Shown here in pieces: positions 1 to 8,500 of a DNA stretch of 64,000 nucleotides. The position numbers and the translations under genes are program-made. Numbering within the stretch: the first letter of the stretch is position 1; every line of letters starts with the position of its first letter. Source of the DNA: a virus (taxonomy: Duplodnaviria > Heunggongvirae > Uroviricota > Caudoviricetes); IMG/VR virus record IMGVR_UViG_3300014208_000025, positions 180,967 to 244,966 of that record. One strand, written 5' to 3'. The notes beneath the pieces were generated by a model that worked only from the letters and a program-made list of their open reading frames with translations, had not been told where the DNA came from and did not search any database.

Positions 1-440
1 TACGATGTATCAACAGTTGCATTCAAACCACTAACCGATACAACATTTGAACGACTTGAATTAAAATAAACCACAACATCTCCCGGTTGTAACGAAGCCG
101 AGTAATATATTTCATTTGTGGATGAAGTAATGGAAGATGTGAAATCTTGCAACCCGCCCGCTTCGGGCCACAAAGTAATTAACGTACCAGATTGAGTGAT
201 GGTTGAATTGCTACTGGTAATTTTGTTAGGTCTTGACCCAGTTCCTGCAACACCAGCAGTAGTTATTCCAGCGTAAGAGTTAGTGGACACCAAATCCATA
301 CCTTGATTTAGAATCAGGTTTTTGTGCCACCCATAATCGGCGACCACTTCTCGTGTCTTTGAATCTACCACCATTACTTTGTAATGTCCACATAGACTGT
401 TGTGAACGCCTCCCACTACTATTGAATTATCTTTGTTCAT
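1..440 (-). CDS. Virion structural protein (5' part, runs off window), paralog of 448..1695
   Basis: ATG at 440, MNKDNSIVVGGVHNSLCGHYKVMVVD...KNLILNQGMD...AGTGSRPN, matching the N-terminus of the adjacent 415-aa protein. Confidence 0.75.
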   Translation of the reverse strand, partial: MNKDNSIVVGGVHNSLCGHYKVMVVDSKTREVVADYGWHKNLILNQGMDLVSTNSYAGITTAGVAGTGSRPNKITSSNSTITQSGTLITLWPEAGGLQDFTSSITSSTNEIYYSASLQPGDVVVYFNSSRSNVVSVSGLNATVDTS

Positions 441-447
441 ATCTATT

Positions 448-1695
448 TTATGCTAAAGTTCTTGCCCACGATGACCTATATGTGAGGGATAAGGTTTGAG
501 CACTATTTTTTGATTGGGTCTGATTAAATAACATAGCAATTACGATATTTGCTGCTTGGGCGGGAGTTGATGTAGAACCATTATAACGTCCCATACCAAT
601 CGTCCGAATATCTGTTCTATTACCTTGCCCAATTGGTAATACACTTGTCTTGTCAACATAATAACTATTAGCGATGTATGATGCTTTAGTTGCTGTTCCA
701 CCTAAACCATAATTCGTTGAACGGTCAGACCCAGTAGCAAAGGTTGACAATGAAGACGAATTCGGAGATACGAAAGCCACCACATATTTTGGCCCGGCGC
801 TACTGACGAACGCCGGGTCTAACATACCGGTTGATGGGTCTGTAACACCACTGGTAGAAACAGTAGTCGTTAAAAAATTTTGTAATGATTCAACTCCATG
901 AGTATTAACCGATGGAATAACCGGCCAACCCCCAATCGATGCGGTAATAGGAACTGATGCAGTTGGTGTGAAAGTACCAACCAAATCGTAAATCAACCTA
1001 AGTTTGAATCCTATATCAACTATAATTGGAGAACCCACCAAAATTCTACTGAATACATTAGTTGCTCCGGATGATGCCCAACCCACCCCCAACTCATTAT
1101 AAGATTGGCCAACAACTTCGGTAGAAAAATCATAAGTTCTTCGCCATGTTCTAACATTCCAGTTAGTAGTGGTTTCACAATTACCTGTTCCTGTGACATA
1201 ATCGTTACTTCTCTTAACTTCGGTATCCATACCTATCTGAGCGGTTTTCCAAACTACAAACGTTTGTCCAGTTGTAAACGTATAGTTTGTAGATAACACA
1301 AGATTGAAACCATCTGTTACCGTAGATACCATAGATTCACTATTGTTAGAATATTTGATAATATCACCAACCTCAACGGCAGCAGGATAACTTCCGTTGG
1401 AGGATGTAAAATCGGTCATTCCGGTTCTAATGTTGAGAAATGCATTAGTTCCAGATTGAGTAATTTCCGATGATTGTCCACTAATACTATTTGGTCTTGT
1501 GCCGGTGCCCGCAATTCCATATAATGTTAAATCAGCTATATTTTGAGAATAAATAGCATCCATACCCTGATTCAAAATCAAGTTCTTACTCCAATCACTT
1601 TCCCACGTCACTTCATTTGTGGAATCGTTGACGACCTTTGCTTTGTAATATCCCTGAAAGGTTTGACCTAGCCCTTTGTAATGTTCGTTGTTCAT
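448..1695 (-). CDS. Putative tail/baseplate-associated structural protein (415 aa)
   Basis: S/T/G-rich beta-type protein; N-terminal Y-K-x-x-V-V...KNLILNQG motif typical of phage tail-collar/baseplate proteins; structural context. Confidence 0.6.
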   Translation of the reverse strand: MNNEHYKGLGQTFQGYYKAKVVNDSTNEVTWESDWSKNLILNQGMDAIYSQNIADLTLYGIAGTGTRPNSISGQSSEITQSGTNAFLNIRTGMTDFTSSNGSYPAAVEVGDIIKYSNNSESMVSTVTDGFNLVLSTNYTFTTGQTFVVWKTAQIGMDTEVKRSNDYVTGTGNCETTTNWNVRTWRRTYDFSTEVVGQSYNELGVGWASSGATNVFSRILVGSPIIVDIGFKLRLIYDLVGTFTPTASVPITASIGGWPVIPSVNTHGVESLQNFLTTTVSTSGVTDPSTGMLDPAFVSSAGPKYVVAFVSPNSSSLSTFATGSDRSTNYGLGGTATKASYIANSYYVDKTSVLPIGQGNRTDIRTIGMGRYNGSTSTPAQAANIVIAMLFNQTQSKNSAQTLSLTYRSSWARTLA

Positions 1696-1723
1696 ATTTT
1701 CGTCTGTTCAATACATATCGTTG

Positions 1724-2809
1724 TTAACTCAAACTTCCTGACAAAAGACCCACATTTATAAATGTTGGTTCAGATTCGGGCGGAGCTATTGTTACTGTAG
1801 TAACAAGAGAACCGGTATAAAAAGCAGAATCAATTGATCCCGAATCTGGAATTGGAGGCGGTGACAAAATTACGGTGACAATTGAACCGGTGTAGAACAA
1901 TGATTCAACCGAACCCGAATCGAACGATGATGTTGTTAAAATCACCGTGATAACCGATCCGGTATAGAACAATGATTCAACCGAACTAGAATCCATACTA
2001 CTTGTTGGAAGTATCATCTGTATCAATTCGCCTGTTAAGAATCCCTGACTAATACCTAGAGGGTCGGTATTTGGTATTTGTGGAGATAAACTTCCAAAAT
2101 GTAACGTTGTGTTAATATTTGAAAATGACTCACTAACCGATGAACTAATTATCAAATCTCCGATGGTTCCCGAATATACATTACTATATTCAGACGAAGT
2201 ACAATCATTATACGCATTTACTCTGTACCAGTATGTACTTCCTGTAACTATATTGGTATCAATCGAAAATGTTACATTTGTTACCACTGAATCGATTTGA
2301 TTCCATGTGGAACCAGAATTTATAGATTTGTAAACTACAAATCCTAATTCATTATTTGAATTATCGACCCATGTTAAAAGTATTGATGAAGTTGTGGTTT
2401 GAGTAAATATTAAATTCGAGGGAGCATTAACCGGGAGACATGTAGGAGAACAACATTCCGGCAAAATACTTCTTTCATATGCAACTCTATCCTGAACACT
2501 TAAATTGGATAATTTATTATGTATTTGTCTGCTTAATTCATCAGGATTTTCTGCAACCGATGCAATATATGGCCGAGTAGGTTCCGATTCTAAAATTCGA
2601 CTACTAAACTGAAAATTTTCAGGAGAAACCGTTGTCGGCATTTTTTCTGGAATATCTAAAATAATTTTACTTCTCTTATCATATTCAATTATTTCCGAAT
2701 TAACCAATGTGGCATCCGTAGGACCGACTTTGTTAGGAGCATATTTACTCATCCCAATATTTTTATTTAATCCGGAATTCTTGTATAATTTTTCGATGAT
2801 ACTTGCCAT
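1724..2809 (-). CDS. Fibronectin type III domain protein with 25-aa tandem repeats (361 aa)
   Basis: APSNL...ILLTWVDNSNNELGFVVYKS...YWYRVNAYN FN3 signature; C-terminal repeats SxDSxSVESLFYTGSxxTVIL. Confidence 0.7.
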   Translation of the reverse strand: MASIIEKLYKNSGLNKNIGMSKYAPNKVGPTDATLVNSEIIEYDKRSKIILDIPEKMPTTVSPENFQFSSRILESEPTRPYIASVAENPDELSRQIHNKLSNLSVQDRVAYERSILPECCSPTCLPVNAPSNLIFTQTTTSSILLTWVDNSNNELGFVVYKSINSGSTWNQIDSVVTNVTFSIDTNIVTGSTYWYRVNAYNDCTSSEYSNVYSGTIGDLIISSSVSESFSNINTTLHFGSLSPQIPNTDPLGISQGFLTGELIQMILPTSSMDSSSVESLFYTGSVITVILTTSSFDSGSVESLFYTGSIVTVILSPPPIPDSGSIDSAFYTGSLVTTVTIAPPESEPTFINVGLLSGSLS

Positions 2810-2810
2810 A

Positions 2811-3458
2811 TCATATTCCTATAAAATACACTCCACAATCATAATTCGACCCTGATGTAAACTCATTGTTAAAATCGCCCAATTCTTGTTGTCGTGAAAA
2901 AAGGTTTGATATTGCAAAAAGATTACCTTTTCCATCATCTACAATCGAATAGTCATTATCCAATGTCTGATTGTAAATAACGACCGATGAAGGCACAATT
3001 TTTTCTCCAAAAACGTTGGTGGGCACATCATACAATTTGAACTTGTCCGACAAAAATCGTTTGGTTTGAGAATTTTCAAAGTCGAGATATTCCAATCCCC
3101 AGATTTTTGTCGGATCACGGAAACTATTGTAAAATATATTGTGAATCTGAGAATACACCATGCGTTTGTAAGTCCCATCAAGGTTCACAATTTCAGTATC
3201 AGGATAGAACAATCCTGTTGCTTTTTGACCTTCACGATAAAGAATTTTATCGTTTCCTTGTTGTTCGGTGGCAATATTACATGAACTATTTAGTGATGCG
3301 GTAGTAGGTAAATATGTTTCGTATTCCAACGCAATAGGAATACCACCACTATGTTCCGTTAAAATCACCCAATCGTTGATAGTATTGGACAGATTCCAGT
3401 CTTTGGTAACAACGAATGGTGATGTTACTGTGTCGGTTTTATTAAGCCTCTTTAGCAT
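2811..3458 (-). CDS. Conserved structural-module protein (215 aa)
   Basis: ORF track; IVDDGKGNLF motif shared in style with the neighbouring 386-aa protein. Confidence 0.6.
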   Translation of the reverse strand: MLKRLNKTDTVTSPFVVTKDWNLSNTINDWVILTEHSGGIPIALEYETYLPTTASLNSSCNIATEQQGNDKILYREGQKATGLFYPDTEIVNLDGTYKRMVYSQIHNIFYNSFRDPTKIWGLEYLDFENSQTKRFLSDKFKLYDVPTNVFGEKIVPSSVVIYNQTLDNDYSIVDDGKGNLFAISNLFSRQQELGDFNNEFTSGSNYDCGVYFIGI

Positions 3459-3459
3459 C

Positions 3460-3687
3460 CTAACTATAAATATGAGAATTCATAGTTCTTCCGACGATAC
3501 TTGGGTCTTTATTTATAACAGATTCCCATAAACGTATAACTTTAATTCCACGTTTCAAAGCCATGTCTTCTTTCAATTTATCATTTAATTGTATTTCGTT
3601 TACCTTTTCATAGTGATTTGATTTTTCTGGATTACCGTGCCAAAAATCACCATAAATTTTTAGTTTTACAAAGAGTTCATTGTCAAA
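3460..3687 (-). pseudogene. C-terminal remnant of a Vsr/DUF559-like homing endonuclease
   Basis: Open frame without a start codon: FDNELFVKLKIYGDFWHGNPEKS...DKLKEDMALKRGIKVIRLWESVI; stop TAG one base before the next ATG. Confidence 0.6.
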
Positions 3688-4843
3688 AATCCAACCTCAC
3701 CTTGACCAGAAGCTCATTATCAAAGGATTTCAATGCTGGGCGACTCAATTTAGCCACCGCTACCAACTCATTGTTATTGTTATACAAACCAACCGTCGTA
3801 ATGTAGGTTCTTGGGTCGGAAATGAATTCCTCGTTACGAATGGTACCTCGAGCATGGATATTGTCTTCCGTTCCATCATAAACATACGTTGGATTGTTGG
3901 AATAGTTGAAATCCCGATTTTTGACACGAATGAAATAATGTCTAGCTGGAACATATTCACTCTTACGGACTTTGATGATGCCGGATGAGTTTTGAATTGC
4001 CCAAAATATGACTTTATGATTTACCGTAGTTTCAACGTTGTTACCGGCCCAGGCGATGGTTGAAATGCTGGAAGTTGTGTAATTGGCTGGACAAATTGTT
4101 CCAGCTGGTCCAATGGTTCCCGAAACATTCGACAATCCAATGCGTTGACTAAGTTTCTGAGCATTGAAAACCACAATACCATCTTGTGGATAGAGCAATC
4201 CCAAACCTTCATACGCTGGAAGTGTAGATGTCTGGTCATTGATTGAACCCGTAACAAGGTTGTACACCGATGAAGCTTGGGTCAGGAATGGTGAGTCGTC
4301 ACGTAAAGTTACAGACCCCAATGAACCAGAAAGTGTGATTTCAAAAATACCTTCATCAACCCTATCCTTCATCTTGTAGGAAGAGAAATTCAATACGAAA
4401 ATGTCATCCGCGTTGGTGCTATCCGAACTTCCTGTCTTGAAACTGAACTTGCCATCAACATCTGCCGTTCCCAACAAAAGGTTCTTGTATTGGGTGTAAA
4501 TTGTCTTGGTTGGAAATACTTTGATGCTACCTGTGTCAGTGTCAAATGAACCACTGCCCAACTGGCCTTCAAAATTTCCGTAAGCAATAGACATGTAAGG
4601 GTCGCTGTTGCCACGGTGGGTTTCATCTGGAAACACATCCAAATAATACATCGTTCTACGAATGTCATAAATAGACGCTCCGTAAGAAGGTGATGGTGTG
4701 GCGGCGGATTGAGTAAGGTCGAAAAAGTTATCCACCAACAAGCTCGCACTCCAAAATGTTTCGGTTTCTGGCCAAAAGCCACTCGCTACACGGCTCGTGC
4801 GTCCAGAAACGATGTCGGTTTGGTCAAATTGGCTGAATATCAT
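3683..4843 (-). CDS. Conserved large-phage baseplate-region protein (386 aa)
   Basis: C-terminal YITTVGLYNNNNELVAVAKLSRPALKSFDNELLVKVRLDF, recalled from large-phage structural modules. Confidence 0.65.
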   Translation of the reverse strand: MIFSQFDQTDIVSGRTSRVASGFWPETETFWSASLLVDNFFDLTQSAATPSPSYGASIYDIRRTMYYLDVFPDETHRGNSDPYMSIAYGNFEGQLGSGSFDTDTGSIKVFPTKTIYTQYKNLLLGTADVDGKFSFKTGSSDSTNADDIFVLNFSSYKMKDRVDEGIFEITLSGSLGSVTLRDDSPFLTQASSVYNLVTGSINDQTSTLPAYEGLGLLYPQDGIVVFNAQKLSQRIGLSNVSGTIGPAGTICPANYTTSSISTIAWAGNNVETTVNHKVIFWAIQNSSGIIKVRKSEYVPARHYFIRVKNRDFNYSNNPTYVYDGTEDNIHARGTIRNEEFISDPRTYITTVGLYNNNNELVAVAKLSRPALKSFDNELLVKVRLDF

Positions 4844-4846
4844 AGA

Positions 4847-5488
4847 TTATTGTGTGGTTGGAACGGTGACAGTTACTTCAATGCTCAAACTGCCGCCGGA
4901 CTCATTACCGATGATGGTTAGAGTTGTGCTGGTGGTCTTACCCAAACTGCTGTTTGGAAGGAAACGGAACTTCTTACCAACAACTACCTGAGCACTCGTT
5001 GTGTTGACATCGCCTGCGAAGGTTGGAATCGTGCTGGAAACGGAATTGATGGAATTTGATTCTTCCACTACCAACGCTCCCACGTTCTTGTTTCCAAGAA
5101 TGGCCGTGTAACCAAGGGAAAGGTTGTAGGTTGGGTTGGTGCTAGGAGAAATGATAATGTCACCGGTGTAATCTCTCGGAACGGAAACCTTGTCTTGAGC
5201 GATACTGATGACGGGAATGGATGACACACCTTGGTTCAAACTGACCAACTTGTATTTCATCACTTGAGTTTCATCCGAAACGGGTTCAAACACAGGGGTA
5301 TTTCTGATAGCAATGTCATAGAACGCACTACCATTCGGGTGATTCGGTTGATACAGAGTGTAATCTATTTCATCATCGGCCAGAGCAAATGATGTGATAT
5401 TCAAGTTACCATTTTGAGCCAGAAGTTCACGCCCCTTCTTAGTCAAAATAGCATCTACGGTGATGGTTTGGTTGTCAATGTATGCCAT
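4847..5488 (-). CDS. Conserved large-phage virion protein (213 aa)
   Basis: MAYIDNQTITVDAILTKKGRELLA...FALADDEIDY, recalled from large uncultured phages; good SD (AGGAG). Confidence 0.65.
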   Translation of the reverse strand: MAYIDNQTITVDAILTKKGRELLAQNGNLNITSFALADDEIDYTLYQPNHPNGSAFYDIAIRNTPVFEPVSDETQVMKYKLVSLNQGVSSIPVISIAQDKVSVPRDYTGDIIISPSTNPTYNLSLGYTAILGNKNVGALVVEESNSINSVSSTIPTFAGDVNTTSAQVVVGKKFRFLPNSSLGKTTSTTLTIIGNESGGSLSIEVTVTVPTTQ

Positions 5489-5545
5489 AAAATTTGTCTT
5501 CTCCTATAAGTATTCCCCTAAAAGGGTTTTTCGTATCTTTTTGTG

Positions 5546-8500
5546 TTAGTTCTTTTGAATTACGTTGTGGACAACGATACCTTCGGCCACATACAAATGG
5601 TTGCCACTAACCACAAAGTTGAAGGTTGGAGTTTCTTCCGACACAATGACGATAGTATCCAATCTTTCGGTCGTTCCATCGTATTTGAGCAGACTATCCC
5701 CAACTTTCAAGTGTTTGGTGTTGACCAACCTGTAATTATCGTTTTCAAAGATTACGACTGGATGTTCATAGGTGATTTTCAATCTATCGTTCAAAACATA
5801 GTGTTCGTGGAAACGGTTCGGTTTCAATTCCATAACGATTACGTTTAATCCATTAGCACTCTTCAAAACATCACCGACGGCGATTCTCTCGACGTTTCTA
5901 GTCGAACCATCTTCCAACATGATTTGAGTCCCAGCCAACAAACATCCTCCACCACCAACGCCTCCAGCACCAGACCCCGGAGATGGTGGGGTTACTATGC
6001 CGGGAACAGTTGGAGTTGGTGAAATTCCAGAGCCGCCGCCCGTAGAAGTGGAAGAAACTGTGCCTGCTCCACCACCCAAGCCAACAGGAATTACTGAGCC
6101 TGCTTTGTTGGATGGAATGTATTGAATGACATTACTTGAGTTTTTGACGTTAACATTACTAACGTTGAACGATTCTACAGGGAACGTGCCATCGCTAATA
6201 CCACCCGTGTTAATTGTAGTATCAATGGTCTGACGGCTCTTTACATAAATGATGTTGTAAAGATGGTTGATATACTGAGCATGTTTGTCCTTGGAAAATT
6301 GTTTGGCTTTATGAGAAAAATGGTTTCTTGGAAATCCTTTAACCAATTCAAAATATTGTGTCGCTGGTTTATTGACAACCACATATAAAGTTGGGAACGT
6401 AATTGGGTCTGCCGTTGTAAATGAAGCTGACGTATTGCTAAACACTTGGTCTGGAGTATTCTTGAAAGTGTTGGCTTGATGTTTGTAATAGGTATTCGCT
6501 CCGACCACTGCCGTTAATTGAGATGGGTCGTTTGGCACAATTGAAGTTGTAATTTCATTGTAGAAATGAACGTATTGGTTCATGAACCGTTCATCCACCA
6601 TAATATACTTGTAGAGATACACCGAAGCGGAACTAAACGGGTCAGCGCCCGGATTGTTTGACCTGATATACTCGCCTGACTTGGCATTGTATTCAAATTT
6701 TTCCCACGTCTTCAACATATAATAGAGAATTTGATGTTTTGAACCTGATGCGATGCCAGTTTCATCAATACCATTTGGAACATGGTGTTCTGATATACTT
6801 GCCAAATCATTCTGTTTCTGACGGCTTACCGACCCCCAAATCCGACTTCTACAATTGACCTCTGGTTCCCAACCCCGGGTCAAACGTTCATAATCTCCAT
6901 ACATTCCATGTTGAATGTCATCCATGTAATCAGTAACGTAACCACAAAACAAATTGGCCGGCCTAATTTTGAGTGGTTCGTTAATGTAAGACAAATCAAT
7001 CGTATCGGTGTAGCTTGGAGGCAAACTACTTGTCATAATGGCTTGGGATTGGGATGTCATACCACGCCAATCATCATTGAAATTGGCCCACAACAGATTT
7101 TCCGAGAAGATATAAATGTTGTTCACGATGCCCGGATTCTGATACGAAACTTCAACACTAGAAGTTATCTGACGGTTCTGATATTTTGGTCGTTCAAGAA
7201 TCGTTGGTTCAATGACCACGCCCGTAAAGCTATTAGCACGAGCCGGTAAAATGTTTTTGATAACTTGGAAAATAGACTTGTCAAAGTAGAACTTAAAGAT
7301 GGTCAACATTTCGTTGAAGTAGGTCTTTTTGTTTCCCGACGCATTGTATTCAACGTTCTTGCTTTTCAGGTCGGAATAGTGGTCGGCGTAAAGATTGGCT
7401 GGGTCGCCAATCAGTTCCATGATGCCCGCTTTACCAACATAGCGTATAATGTCTTTATTCTTTGAATCTTGTGGGTCAATGAAGAAACCGAGTTGATTTG
7501 ATTCTCCTGAAACAGTTTCGTTTTGACTCGTGGAACGGTCATCCGAATCAAATCTAGTTTCAATGGTGTAATCCAGCTTGCGAATTTTCTTGTTCTTGTA
7601 TTTGTTTGGACCATACTTTGACGCGTCAATGTCTTGCTGATACGTCAATTCTTCATAGTGATACGGATAAACAGAAGCGGAAGTCCATTGACAATTTGTA
7701 GCATTGTAGGAGGCTGACCAATTCTGACCAACAATGATTGGGAAGTTTCTAGCAATGATTTCCACCGAGCCAGTTGGATGATACGTCAACCAACGACCAT
7801 CAATAATTTCTACCGACGCACTCCAGAGAGTCGCATCAATTGAGCTGCTCAAATTGAGTGGGTCACTATAGTAATTTGGTATCGCATAGTAAGATGACAT
7901 GTTATCCATCCATACTGCCGACGAACCGCTTAAGTTGTAGTAAAGGGATTTTGGATAATCCAAAGACAATCTAACCCACAAATTTTTGTAAGCGATAGAC
8001 CCACTATAACCATATGAATTCAAGTCGTTTACATGCTCTTCAAAGTCGTTATCACCAATCGGAACATCCCAAATTGAAAGTTTGTCCAAAGTGCCCCGAA
8101 ACATTCCGTCGCTCAAATAGAATGTTCCGTATTGACCGAATACCATGTTGTCCAACGATTGGAGATACACACTTCCCGACGAACGGAATAGTTGTCGCCC
8201 GTTTTCGTTTCTTTGAACTACCAATTCGTATTGAGTTGGGTAGTCATTGACACTTGAAGTCGTTTCAAATTCGCTGTTAACCTCATAACGTCTCAACATG
8301 ACGCTGAAGATGTCTCCGTTGAAAATGGGTAGCTGGTCACTTGTGATAGCTACACCCGTTGACCCTGAACCCATTTGAAAAATGACTTTGCCTAAAGACT
8401 GACCCGGAACTTTATGTATGCCGAGTGACCAAGCAGCATTGTCAACCGAGTTGGTGTATGGATATGGCACCGTCGTAAACAAATTGATGTGTTGATAATT

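Noticed and set aside
5564-5944. Splicing intein
   Set aside because: Residue after the terminal Asn is Val, not Cys/Ser/Thr, and only 5 residues follow.
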